This document shows positions 38,436 through 48,503 of a DNA stretch of 64,000 bases, one piece after another. The translations under genes and the position numbers were made by a program. A model generated the notes under the pieces. It was given only the letters and a program-made list of their open reading frames with translations. It was not told the DNA's origin and made no database searches. Origin of the DNA: Candidatus Sumerlaeaceae bacterium (GTDB lineage Bacteria > Sumerlaeota > Sumerlaeia > Sumerlaeales > Sumerlaeaceae); the NCBI GenBank assembly GCA_051003195.1, contig JBPCLP010000008.1, forward strand, positions 128,001-192,000, read 5' to 3'. Position 1 is the first letter of the stretch. The number at the start of each line of letters is the position of its first letter.

Positions 38436-39677
38436 TTAATTGCCAACGCGTAACGCTCCATCCGATTCGAAGCGGATCGGCTTGACGCGAATATTACGGC
38501 AGTGGCCTGCATCATTATCACAACGCGCCGCGGTGGTCTGGTTGTCAATGGATGCGAACACGATGCGATCTGCGTGGCCCTGCTTGTCTTTCAAGAAGCT
38601 TCCGCCAGCAGGCCCGATCAGCGTGCTTCGATCGCGCAGGCGTTCTTGCCATTTTGGCGACGCCTTCAGGATCGGATTGTTGTCGGCACGCTTGAAAGGG
38701 CCAAGCGGAGTATCTCCGATGGCATAACCGGTTGCGTATTCGGGCGTGTTAAAAGAGTTCGCGGAGTAAAGAAGGTAGTACTTTCCACCTCTCTTAACTA
38801 CGGATGCCGCTTCGGCAATGCGCCGTTTGCCGCACGCTTTCTTCTCCCACTCTTCCATCGGCTCACCGATCAGGATACGGGGTTCTGGTCCTTCAGGCGG
38901 CAGTTTTAACCCGCGCAAATCCTCCCGCAGCTCGGCGCCCCACAGCAGGTTCTGGTTCTTCTCGTCGTTGATGCCACTCCAGTAGAGGTAAAAACGCGTG
39001 TGGCCCTCAGCGTTCACGTCGCGCAACGCATATGCGTCGATGGTTCCAACGACCCCATTCTTTCCGTCCGCATAGCCGGGGATCTCCTGGCCATCGAAGA
39101 GTGGGGCGGCATATTCGATGTATGGCCCCGCAGGTCTTTCGCTGCGCGCAACGCAAATGCGCTGGTAAGGCGAATCTGATGCCCACCCGCCCTTCCGCGC
39201 CTTTTCATATTCCGGACCCGAGGCATTGTAGAAAAGGTAGTAGGCGTCGTCGGGTCCTCGAAGTGCCTGCGGCGCCCATATGGTGTTCTGTGTGAATGTG
39301 CAGGCAGAGGTATGGGCATCAAGTGCGAGCCCGCGGTCGCGCCAGTTTTTCAGGTCGGAGCTCGAAAAGCAACGGATGCCCAGGCCTGCAGTGGTAGCAC
39401 CGGTGCTTCGTGTGCTGTCACCCGACGTGATGAAGAGATAATACAGACTGTCCGCGTGTAAGATCTCGGGGTCGGCGAAGTAGTTTCTGGAGAGGCGACT
39501 TCCCACTTCCGTGCTCTTCAGCGGTAGCGGCGCAATTTCGGCCTTGAGACGCAAATAGCCGCTATTGTCGACGGGCGGGTCGGGCGCTTTACTCGAGGAA
39601 CGTGCCGGGGCTTCAGCAGAAATGCCCAATGCCGCAAAAACGGCCAGCCAAATATGAAATGCCTTTATCGTTCGCAA
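38436..39677 (-). CDS. Secreted glycoside hydrolase family 43
   Basis: FADP, IWAP, TIDAY, AEA and YYLLYSAN...YATGYA....PLGPF motifs; start uncertain (the frame is open to 39800). Confidence 0.85.
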   Translation of the reverse strand: MRTIKAFHIWLAVFAALGISAEAPARSSSKAPDPPVDNSGYLRLKAEIAPLPLKSTEVGSRLSRNYFADPEILHADSLYYLFITSGDSTRSTGATTAGLGIRCFSSSDLKNWRDRGLALDAHTSACTFTQNTIWAPQALRGPDDAYYLFYNASGPEYEKARKGGWASDSPYQRICVARSERPAGPYIEYAAPLFDGQEIPGYADGKNGVVGTIDAYALRDVNAEGHTRFYLYWSGINDEKNQNLLWGAELREDLRGLKLPPEGPEPRILIGEPMEEWEKKACGKRRIAEAASVVKRGGKYYLLYSANSFNTPEYATGYAIGDTPLGPFKRADNNPILKASPKWQERLRDRSTLIGPAGGSFLKDKQGHADRIVFASIDNQTTAARCDNDAGHCRNIRVKPIRFESDGALRVGN

Positions 39678-39998
39678 CGTCCGGAGTAAAAGTTCCGTGC
39701 GCACTACAGCGTCCGTTCGGAGTACAGGCTTTAGCCTGGGCAGGCCTAAGCATAACGCCCGGACTCCACAGCAGCACACGCAATGTCGCCCATTCATCAT
39801 AGTTCACACCTTTCTGGTATCCACCCAGACGTTCGACAAGCGAATTGCGCGTTGTAGAGCATTCGAAGTTGAACGCTTGATTCCGCTCAGGCTGAACCCT
39901 GGGCTCCGAACACAGATTCGCATTGCTCCTGACATCTGCGGCGGCATGTTTCGCATTCGCGGTCCCCAATACTGCGGCAGGCATCCGGGAGTTATACT

Positions 39999-42269
39999 AT
40001 GTTCGTTCGCTCTACCACGCTGTTGTTGCTGGCCCTTTCAGGAATTTGCTGCGCATCGGACTGGAAACCGACAAGCGCGCCGATCATGACACGGTGGGCA
40101 AAGGACGTTTCGCCGGCAAACGTCCATCCCGAGTACCCGCGCCCGCAGATGGTCCGCAAGGAATGGCAGAACCTTAACGGGCTGTGGGACCTGGCAATTG
40201 TGGAGGACCCCACAAGCGGCGTGACGCCGCAGCCGCCGCAAAAATTCGATCACAAAATCCTCGTTCCGTTCCCCGTGGAGTCGTCGCTGTCAGGTATAGG
40301 CAAGCGCGCGAAACACGTGTGGTACCGCCGAAGCTTCGACGTGCCGAAGGAGTGGACCGGCCGGCGCGTCATGCTGAACTTCGAAGCCGTCGATTATGAG
40401 TCGCGCGTGCTGGTCAACGGCAAGAACATTGGTCAGCACCGCGGTGGGTACGATCCCTTCTCGTTCGACATTACAAACGCCCTGACCAGCGGCACCAACG
40501 AGTTACTTGTCGGCGTCTACGACCCGACGGACCAGGCGGACCAGCCCCGCGGCAAACAGGTCACCAATCCGCGCGGCATCTGGTATACCCCCAGCACCGG
40601 CATCTGGCAGACGGTGTGGATGGAGCCTGTAAACAAGCTTTCGATTTCTCACCTGGAGCTGATCCCGGATGTAAATCGGCACGCAGTTTCGATTTCTGCT
40701 GTCACACGCGAAGGTGTGGGAACTGCCGCATTGAAGTGGAAGGTTTCGCAAGACGGAAAACAGATCGCGCACGGCGAGCAACCAGCAATGCCCGAGCAGT
40801 CACCTAAGAATGCGACAACAGGCGGTGCAATTACTTCCACGATCACACTGCCGGCAGAGCTAAAGCTCTGGTCGCCGGAAAGTCCTACCCTTTATGATCT
40901 TCAGCTATCACTGGAAGCCGATGGCGGCGTCGTGGACGAGGTCGTCAGTTACTTCGGCATGCGCAAACTGGAGATAAAGTCCGACGGCAAGTTCCAGCGC
41001 ATCTTCCTGAACGACAAACCCATCTTCCAGATGGGACCGCTCGACCAGGGCTTCTGGCCAGACGGACTGCACACAGCGCCCACGGACGAAGCGCTGCGCT
41101 GGGACATCGAGATGACGAAGAGGCTCGGGTTCAACATGACGCGCAAGCACATCAAAGTCGAGCCGCGCCGCTGGTACTACTGGGCCGACAAGCTGGGCAT
41201 CCTTGTCTGGCAGGACATGGTCAGCGGGAACAACAAGACGCCTGAATCGAAGCAACAGTACGAAGCCGAGTTGAAACGCATGATCGACACGCACTGTAAT
41301 CATCCGTCGATCATCATGTGGGTGGTATTTAACGAAGGTTGGGGACAGTACGACAAGGAGAACACGGCGCGGCTTGTGGAGCAGGCGAAGAAATGGGACC
41401 CCACGCGCCTGGTAAACAATGCCAGCGGATGGATCGACATGGCATGTGGCGACGTCAAAGACGCGCACCGCTATCCAGGTCCCGGTGCACCTGATCCCGA
41501 AACGACCCGCGCTTCCGTCCTCGGTGAATTCGGTGGCCTGGGACTACCCGTGCAGGGTCATACGTGGAGCCAGCAGGGAAACTGGGGCTACCAGGGCACG
41601 TCGGACCGCGAGAACCTGATGAACCGCTACGAGCAGCTAATGCGCCGCGTGTGGCTGCTGAAGGAACAGAAAGGACTCTGCGCGGCGGTCTACACCCAGA
41701 TCACCGACGTCGAAATCGAAACCAATGGCCTGATCACCTACGACCGCGAAGTCGTCAAGGTCGACGAGGAACGCATCCGAAACGCGAACACCGGCAAACT
41801 CCCGCCCATCGAAATCACGGAGGTGGTGCCCACCTCAGAGAAGCAGGGGATCAACTGGCGCTACACCTTCGACAAGCCGGCGAAGGAATGGAACACGCCC
41901 GCGTTCGATGACTCCGGATGGAAGGAAGGCCCGGCGGGATTCGGCAAAGGTGATCCATCATGGCCCATCCGAACCGCATGGCACACGAAGGAAATCTGGT
42001 TGCGGCGGGATATCGAAATTCCAGCAGGCATTGATGTAAACGACCTCTACCTGAACGTGTTCCATGACGAGGACGTTGAAGTTTATCTCAATGGTGAACG
42101 GGCCGTGCGGGAGCGCTTCTATCGCACCGACTACGAGGAAATGCCAATCGGCGATAAAGCCCGCGCCACGATCAAGCCGGGCAAAAACAAAATCGCGGTG
42201 TACTGCAAAAACGCCGAGGGCGGCCAGTACATCGACGTCGGACTGATCGCCATCCGGACGAAGAAGTAA
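39999..42269 (+). CDS. Secreted glycoside hydrolase family 2 with C-terminal galactose-binding-like domain
   Basis: HPEYPRPQ, LNFEAVDY, PLDQGFWPDG, RKHIKVEP, NHPSIIMWVVFNEGWGQ and GEFGG motifs. Confidence 0.93.
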   Translation: MFVRSTTLLLLALSGICCASDWKPTSAPIMTRWAKDVSPANVHPEYPRPQMVRKEWQNLNGLWDLAIVEDPTSGVTPQPPQKFDHKILVPFPVESSLSGIGKRAKHVWYRRSFDVPKEWTGRRVMLNFEAVDYESRVLVNGKNIGQHRGGYDPFSFDITNALTSGTNELLVGVYDPTDQADQPRGKQVTNPRGIWYTPSTGIWQTVWMEPVNKLSISHLELIPDVNRHAVSISAVTREGVGTAALKWKVSQDGKQIAHGEQPAMPEQSPKNATTGGAITSTITLPAELKLWSPESPTLYDLQLSLEADGGVVDEVVSYFGMRKLEIKSDGKFQRIFLNDKPIFQMGPLDQGFWPDGLHTAPTDEALRWDIEMTKRLGFNMTRKHIKVEPRRWYYWADKLGILVWQDMVSGNNKTPESKQQYEAELKRMIDTHCNHPSIIMWVVFNEGWGQYDKENTARLVEQAKKWDPTRLVNNASGWIDMACGDVKDAHRYPGPGAPDPETTRASVLGEFGGLGLPVQGHTWSQQGNWGYQGTSDRENLMNRYEQLMRRVWLLKEQKGLCAAVYTQITDVEIETNGLITYDREVVKVDEERIRNANTGKLPPIEITEVVPTSEKQGINWRYTFDKPAKEWNTPAFDDSGWKEGPAGFGKGDPSWPIRTAWHTKEIWLRRDIEIPAGIDVNDLYLNVFHDEDVEVYLNGERAVRERFYRTDYEEMPIGDKARATIKPGKNKIAVYCKNAEGGQYIDVGLIAIRTKK

Positions 42270-42332
42270 CCGGCGCGCTCAGTCTTCATCAAGTGCTCCT
42301 TCCGGAGCGAACCTGATAACAATCAAGCAGTT

Positions 42333-43442
42333 CTAGTAGAGGTCCCAGTCGCCGATGGACGCCGGCACCGCAATAGGTGCATCGAGCTGCCCACGGATTT
42401 CACCGCCCGTAAACAATGAGGTGTGAACGTTCACGTAAACGTTTCCGTTCGCCAGGTTCGTTGCGTCGGTGGCGGTATGGGACCACAACCCAAGTTTCGG
42501 ACTGCCTGCCGGCAGCGTGAACACAGGCGACGCCGTAGCGCCGCGTGCACCTGGCGAATGAAAGTGGGCTGCGGTCTCGGCACTGGATAGTCCCGCGTAT
42601 GTCATGTAGTATCCAAGAAGGTTTCCAGCGGTATCCTGGCTGAACATCCCATACCCACGCGCGGTTGAAGCCGTCGGCTCTTGCTGCCCGTTCAACGTCG
42701 TCAGACGCCGGACAACCTGCCCGCGGATTTCCCCGCCGGGAAAGGTGCCGGTGTGGATATTAATGTACCATTTCCCGGCGTCGAGAGAAGTCACCTGTAG
42801 TGCGGTCAAGGTTGCCGAGCTAACCTTCGGTTCAGTAAGCGGCAGGGTAACAATGGGCGAGGCGCTTTGCGAATGCAGTGCATCGCCATGGAAGTGCGCG
42901 GCCGACTGTGAAACCAGCGGAATCGTGGAGCTGATAAAATAGGATAGAACATTGGTCGTGCGGTCGAGCGTCATCAACCCATACCCGGTTGCGGTGGAGG
43001 CCGAGGGCTCCTGCGCGCCGTCGATGGCCGCGACATGCGTCACAATCTGACCACGTATCTCGCCGGCAGGCACCAGTGTTGAGTGGACATTTACATAGTA
43101 ACGGCCCGCAAGGATGTCGCTAAGCTGGGTTGGGGTGAGAGTTACATTGCCTGACTTCGGGGTGCCCAGCGCGAGGCCGAACACCGCGCTCGCGGAGGTT
43201 CCCGGATCGGCTGGTCCATGGATGTGCGCAGCAGTTTCGGTAGTCGAAAGCCCGGCGAAATCGAGAAAGTAGTAAAGCTTGCTTCCGGGCACGTCGACGG
43301 TGAAACGCGCGGTTCCGACGGCAGTTGATGTGGTGGCAGGTGTTTCCTGTACACCGTTGAGAAAGGCCACCATTTCGCGAACCTGTGCTGGTGCCGCTAC
43401 GGCGGTTAAGAGTGTAGCAGCGATTAATAGATATCTTTTCAT
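42333..43442 (-). CDS. Secreted triple-CHRD-domain protein
   Basis: GGAGG RBS; signal peptide; three (L/I)xGxQE...AAH(I/F)H...YxN(V/I)H(S/T)...GEIRGQ units; ends in VPASIGDWDLY. Confidence 0.92.
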   Translation of the reverse strand: MKRYLLIAATLLTAVAAPAQVREMVAFLNGVQETPATTSTAVGTARFTVDVPGSKLYYFLDFAGLSTTETAAHIHGPADPGTSASAVFGLALGTPKSGNVTLTPTQLSDILAGRYYVNVHSTLVPAGEIRGQIVTHVAAIDGAQEPSASTATGYGLMTLDRTTNVLSYFISSTIPLVSQSAAHFHGDALHSQSASPIVTLPLTEPKVSSATLTALQVTSLDAGKWYINIHTGTFPGGEIRGQVVRRLTTLNGQQEPTASTARGYGMFSQDTAGNLLGYYMTYAGLSSAETAAHFHSPGARGATASPVFTLPAGSPKLGLWSHTATDATNLANGNVYVNVHTSLFTGGEIRGQLDAPIAVPASIGDWDLY

Positions 43443-43589
43443 AATGCGGACCTCCCGGGCCAGACCACTTCAAATCCAACAGGAACAGTTCAGTGCAGGA
43501 ATGGCCGAAGCAGTCAAAGGGAAACCGGGCAAGTGTAAGTACTTGTCCGCTGGCGTACATTTGCCGAGGAACGGCGGGAGGCTGTGAAT

Positions 43590-45077
43590 TCAGCGATTGG
43601 TGTTTAGCTGCGCCTGCAGCATACGGGAAAGCGTAGCTGTTAGAGTCGTATCGATACCGCTGGTCAGCGCTGCCCGGTTCACATTCTCGTCCGGATCGGC
43701 CAGCTCGTCGTACAGTTCTGTCGCCAGTGTGTTGCTGGTGGAGAGGCTGCGCCATTCCGTGTAACGATATTTGTCAGTGCGCATGGAGTAACCCATGACA
43801 TCCTTTCCACGCGGGAACTGGCTGAACGCGGCATCCTTCCACTTCTGCAGCGGTTCCGACAGCAGGGGTTCGAAGCTGCGGCCCTGCAGGCCTGGAGGTG
43901 GGGCAAGGTTGCACAGCTCGCACAAACTGGGAAACACATCCACGAATTCCACCAGTGCATCGCATTTAGCGCCGGCCAACTTTTGATCGGGAGCTGCTAC
44001 GATGAGGGGCACACGCGTGGCGATCTCAAAATTGGTGTGTTTGGTCCACATACCATGGTTACCCAGGTGATACCCATGGTCACCCCACAACACAATCACC
44101 GTTTTGTCGCGCAGCTTCAGCGCGTCCAGTTCTTCCAGCAGTCGGCCCAGTTGTGCGTCCACATAACTCACGCACGCATAGTAGCCACGAACCAGCTCGC
44201 GCGCCTGCAGCTCGGTGAGCGGGCCGCTTTTCGGGATTCCCTGGTAGGACCGCAGCTCGCCCCACGTCGTCATCGAAAAGCTGGTCACGCTTTCGGGGGG
44301 AAACGGGTTCTGCGCCAGTGGCAGCGTCGCCGTGGAATACATGTCGAAATACTTCTTCGGCGCGACGAATGGCAAATGCGGTTTATGAAATCCGATGGCG
44401 AGAAAGAAAGGCTGGTCCTTGCGCTCGCGCATCAGGTTAATCGCCTTATCGATCATGTAGCCGTCGGGCAGCGCGTTGTCCGGGGCGTCGACCGCTTCCC
44501 ATGGCCGCCCGCGGCGCCGTGGACCCGGCGCGTCTTCAGCGCCCTGCGCGGTGCCCACCTTCGTCGCGGTGGTGTAGCGGGTGTCATCGGGATTGGGCGT
44601 CGTCGCAAAGTCCGTCGGCGCGCTCCACGACTTCTTGTCGTCCAGACCACCGTGAAAGATCTTTCCGAGCGCCTGGGTGTGGTATCCATTCTGTTTAAAA
44701 AGCTGGGGCAGGGTGACAACGTCGGGGATCGTGGTGCGGAAGTGGGTTGTGAGATCGTAGACGCGTGTGGTGTCCGGGCGCAAACCGGTCAGCAGCGAGG
44801 TACGTGACGGCGAGCAGACTGCCTGCTGGCAATATGCACGATTGAAAAGCAGGCCGCTGGCAGCCAGCCGATCGATATTCGGACTGCGCACAGTTGTATT
44901 TCCATAACAGCCGAGCAATGGACGCAGATCGTCAACGGCGATAAACAGAACATTGTAGCGCGACTCGGATTGCGAAGTCGCCGCTGCTGTGCGCGATGGA
45001 TCAAAAATGTAAAGGCAGGTGCATGCGAAAAGCAGCGCCATTCCAATTCGTGCAGGAGCTCTTCGATTTATAGGCAT
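43590..45077 (-). CDS. Sulfatase (iduronate-2-sulfatase-like)
   Basis: NVLFIAVDDLRP, CSPSR, GKIFH, KPHLPF and WGDHG motifs; start uncertain. Confidence 0.92.
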   Translation of the reverse strand: MPINRRAPARIGMALLFACTCLYIFDPSRTAAATSQSESRYNVLFIAVDDLRPLLGCYGNTTVRSPNIDRLAASGLLFNRAYCQQAVCSPSRTSLLTGLRPDTTRVYDLTTHFRTTIPDVVTLPQLFKQNGYHTQALGKIFHGGLDDKKSWSAPTDFATTPNPDDTRYTTATKVGTAQGAEDAPGPRRRGRPWEAVDAPDNALPDGYMIDKAINLMRERKDQPFFLAIGFHKPHLPFVAPKKYFDMYSTATLPLAQNPFPPESVTSFSMTTWGELRSYQGIPKSGPLTELQARELVRGYYACVSYVDAQLGRLLEELDALKLRDKTVIVLWGDHGYHLGNHGMWTKHTNFEIATRVPLIVAAPDQKLAGAKCDALVEFVDVFPSLCELCNLAPPPGLQGRSFEPLLSEPLQKWKDAAFSQFPRGKDVMGYSMRTDKYRYTEWRSLSTSNTLATELYDELADPDENVNRAALTSGIDTTLTATLSRMLQAQLNTNR

Positions 45078-45220
45078 GCCCCTGCATCGCACCGTGCGAC
45101 AAAGTCGCAACCACCATTTTGCAACCTGCATAACATCGTTGCAGATGGAGCGCGCCGGGACTGTTGTTGCCCGCAATGATTAAGACCACACCAGTTATAC
45201 GCCCCGTTGAAAAATGGGTT

Positions 45221-46633
45221 ATGCGATTCCTTTTATGCTTTGCCGGAATCGCCTTGGCTATCCCCACTCCAGCCGCCCGGCCGAACATCGTCTTTTTTAT
45301 AACAGACGACCACGGCCTCCTGGATTCGTCGGTGTATGGTTCGAAGGATGTTTCTACGCCAAATATGCGTAAGCTGGCGGACCGCGGAGTGACGTTCACG
45401 AATGCATTTGTCGCTTCACCCAGTTGCGCGCCCAGCCGCGCGGCGCTGATTACGGGTCTCATGCCGGCGCGCAACGGAGCCGAAGCGAATCATAGTCGGC
45501 CACGCCCGGAAATCAGGAAGTGGCCTGCATACTTTCAGGAGCTTGGATACGAAGTAGTAGCGTTTGGAAAAGTGACGCATTACCAGCACACCGCAGACTA
45601 CGGGTTCGACCACTTTGCGCATGATCGTTTCCACGATCAGGCAGCAATTCCGGCGGCAATAAAATTTCTCGAGACGCACGATCCAAATGCGACACGCCCG
45701 CTGTGCCTGATGGTGGGATCAAACTGGCCACATGTGCCATGGCCAAAAGAGTTTTCTACGCATGACCCCGAAACGCTAACACTGCCTGCCGGCTCGATCG
45801 ACACTTCGAAGACGCGGGAATGGCGAGCGCAGTACCTCGCGGCAGTCGATAAAGCGGACGAGGATTTTGGCCGTATTTACGAAACCGCGCAGTCGAAGCT
45901 GGGCAAGGACGCAATCACGCTGTTCAGCAGCGACCACGGGGCACAGTGGCCGTTCGGCAAATGGAACCTGTACGATGCCGGCATTCGCGTACCATTAATT
46001 GTGGAATGGTCCGGAGTGGTGAAACGCGGCACCAAATCCGATGCAACGGTGAGCTGGATCGACATTCTGCCCACTTTGCTGGAAGCTGCCGGCGGGCAGC
46101 CGCCGCCCGACATCGATGGCCAATCGTTTTTGCCAGTGCTACGCGGGGAAAAGACTTCTCATCGCGACCGGATTTTCACGACCCACACCGGCGACGAACG
46201 ATGGAACATTTACCCGATGCGCAGTGTCCGCACTGCGGAATGGAAGTACATCATGAACCTTCACCCTGAGTTCGCATTCACGACACACATTGATCTACCT
46301 GGCGAGCTGGGGCAGCGCGATTTCTGGTCCACATGGGAGAGTGCTGCGAAAACGGATAAGTTCGCCGCCGCCATTGTGAACGGATACCATCAGCGCCCAG
46401 CCGACGAACTATACGAGCTCACGGCTGATCCACACGAGCAGCATAATCTTGCCTCCCACCCGAACCAGGAAATGCGAATAGAGGAGATGCGAAGTGAATT
46501 ACGCACGTGGATGCGCAGCCAGGACGATAAAACAACTGTTCCCGCAAAGCCGCGACTGCTCAGCGATCCATCGAGCTATGGTCCGGGCGCGGCGGCCCTG
46601 GGTACATCGGTCAGCAAAATTAAGGGCAGGTGA
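45221..46633 (+). CDS. Sulfatase (N-sulfoglucosamine sulfohydrolase-like)
   Basis: Signal peptide; PNIVFFITDD, CAPSR, PHVPW, SDHG, GKWNLYD and YPMRSVR motifs. Confidence 0.92.
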   Translation: MRFLLCFAGIALAIPTPAARPNIVFFITDDHGLLDSSVYGSKDVSTPNMRKLADRGVTFTNAFVASPSCAPSRAALITGLMPARNGAEANHSRPRPEIRKWPAYFQELGYEVVAFGKVTHYQHTADYGFDHFAHDRFHDQAAIPAAIKFLETHDPNATRPLCLMVGSNWPHVPWPKEFSTHDPETLTLPAGSIDTSKTREWRAQYLAAVDKADEDFGRIYETAQSKLGKDAITLFSSDHGAQWPFGKWNLYDAGIRVPLIVEWSGVVKRGTKSDATVSWIDILPTLLEAAGGQPPPDIDGQSFLPVLRGEKTSHRDRIFTTHTGDERWNIYPMRSVRTAEWKYIMNLHPEFAFTTHIDLPGELGQRDFWSTWESAAKTDKFAAAIVNGYHQRPADELYELTADPHEQHNLASHPNQEMRIEEMRSELRTWMRSQDDKTTVPAKPRLLSDPSSYGPGAAALGTSVSKIKGR

Positions 46634-46726
46634 ACCGGCTTGGCAATGCCAGGGTATTAAGCTTTGGCTTTGCTTAGTTTCGTCTGCTGCAGGGTAGCAA
46701 TACACGTGAGTTTACCGACGCAGCCA

Positions 46727-47512
46727 ATGCAGCGCTCTGTGCACCCGATGCTGGCGCTGCTGGTGTTTGTGATTATCTATTTGCTGGATGTGTTTTTTTT
46801 CCGACTTTCGGCCTATAGCTCATGGGCGGTGCTTGCCGTCCTGACCGTTGTTCTTTCGCTGGTGCTTCCACTCGCAGCGACCGCTCTTTCCAAGGTATCG
46901 TTGTCAGACGGTCTACTATTGAGTCACCGATTTGTACCTGGAGCCGCCGTCTCAGTGGTTGTAGCCACCGTACTGCTTGTGCCGCTGTACATCTGTTTCA
47001 ACCTGATCCTGGCAAGGCATTGGCCGGAAGTTCGCAGCATGATCTACGGCGACGCTCGCCAAATGAGACAAATGGTGCGAACAACTTCCTGGCCCCTCAT
47101 CGCAGCAGGCGGGCTTTTCTTTGCCTTCACCGAGGAATTCCTGTACCGTGGATTTCTTATGAATGCGCTTCGCCGATGGGGTGACGCGGTTGCGCTGATT
47201 ATCAGCTCTATCTGCTTTGCGGTGGCACATCACTCGGTCGGGAAACTGCTCCCCATGACGCTGGCCGGAATGTGGTTCGGCTTTGTCGCGTTGCGCACAA
47301 GGTCCATTTGGGTCAGCACGGCAGCGCACTTCGCTGTCAATGCCGGCCTGCTCGCGGCCATCATGTACTTAGCCGGCCCACAACCCCTTAGGCGCACTCC
47401 GCTTCCCGAGATAAGTGACTGGTGGCTGGTTGCTCTCGTTCCCTTTACAGTCGGCGTCGTCTGGCTGAGCGAGAAGTGGGGAAACGCAACCCCAGGCACA
47501 AGCCGGCGCTGA
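46727..47512 (+). CDS. CPBP (Abi/CAAX) family intramembrane metalloprotease
   Basis: EEFLYRG, FAVAH and H...N motifs; multiple TMs; start uncertain. Confidence 0.88.
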   Translation: MQRSVHPMLALLVFVIIYLLDVFFFRLSAYSSWAVLAVLTVVLSLVLPLAATALSKVSLSDGLLLSHRFVPGAAVSVVVATVLLVPLYICFNLILARHWPEVRSMIYGDARQMRQMVRTTSWPLIAAGGLFFAFTEEFLYRGFLMNALRRWGDAVALIISSICFAVAHHSVGKLLPMTLAGMWFGFVALRTRSIWVSTAAHFAVNAGLLAAIMYLAGPQPLRRTPLPEISDWWLVALVPFTVGVVWLSEKWGNATPGTSRR

Positions 47513-47591
47513 CAATTAAGACGCATTCGGGCTTGCCCGTGCTGCGATTACGTTGTCGATGGCAGGCCACACCAAAGAGAGTAGGGAAGCG

Positions 47592-48398
47592 ATGATAGAA
47601 CGCATTCGGAAGATTGTCGATCATAAATCTTTTCAGCTTCTTGTCATTACGGTCATTCTCATCAACGCGGCGATCATTGGGGTCGAAACCTCCGCTAGTG
47701 TGATGGAACGCCATGCTGGCCTCATGCACGCGATCAACTGGATGATCCAGGCGATATTTGTGACGGAAATCCTTTTGCGGCTGGTTTCCTATGCGCCGCG
47801 CTTTGGACGATTCTTCCGCGACGGCTGGAACGTTTTCGATTTCATTATCGTGGCATTCTCGCTGTTGCCTGTGGCAGGAGCATTTGCAGGAGTTGCCCGC
47901 CTTGCGCGGGTGCTACGGCTCGCGCGACTTGTGTCAGTCTCGGATCAGCTGCGATTAATAGTTACCACAATGCTGCGGTCGATTCCATCTTTGAGCCATG
48001 TGGTTGTGCTGCTGGCCCTTCTTATTTACGTTTATGCCATCCTCGGTTACTATACGTTTCACAATACCGATGCTTCCCATTGGGGAACGCTCGGAGCCGC
48101 AGTGCTCAGCGTGTTTCAAATGCTTACCCTCGAAGGGTGGGTAGACATGCAGGATGCTGTGATCAAGCAGCACCCCTTTTCGTGGCTCTTCTTCGCCAGC
48201 TTTGTCATCGTTGCCGTATTTGTCGTGGTGAACCTCTTCATCGCAGTCGTGCTGAATAACCTCGAGGAAGTGAAGGCCGAGCAACTGGCCGAGGCAGGGC
48301 TGCAGAAGGGTGAGCTTCCGGACGAATCGACGGTGCACCTGCGACTTTCGCGTATTCGCGCAGATCTGGACGAACTCGAGCAACTCCTGAAGCGGTGA
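47592..48398 (+). CDS. Prokaryotic voltage-gated cation channel (BacNav superfamily, TLEGWVD filter)
   Basis: Six TMs; WNVFDF in S3; S4 ARLARVLRLARL; pore FQMLTLEGWVD; S6 VNLFIAVV; C-terminal coiled coil. Confidence 0.92.
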   Translation: MIERIRKIVDHKSFQLLVITVILINAAIIGVETSASVMERHAGLMHAINWMIQAIFVTEILLRLVSYAPRFGRFFRDGWNVFDFIIVAFSLLPVAGAFAGVARLARVLRLARLVSVSDQLRLIVTTMLRSIPSLSHVVVLLALLIYVYAILGYYTFHNTDASHWGTLGAAVLSVFQMLTLEGWVDMQDAVIKQHPFSWLFFASFVIVAVFVVVNLFIAVVLNNLEEVKAEQLAEAGLQKGELPDESTVHLRLSRIRADLDELEQLLKR

Positions 48399-48503
48399 CA
48401 GGCTCGGAAAGACCACCGCTGATTAAGCGCATGGATAGCGGTGCGAATTCTTTCGTATAAGTAATGCAATGCATCGGGTGCATTTTAGAATCGGAGTAAT
48501 CTT

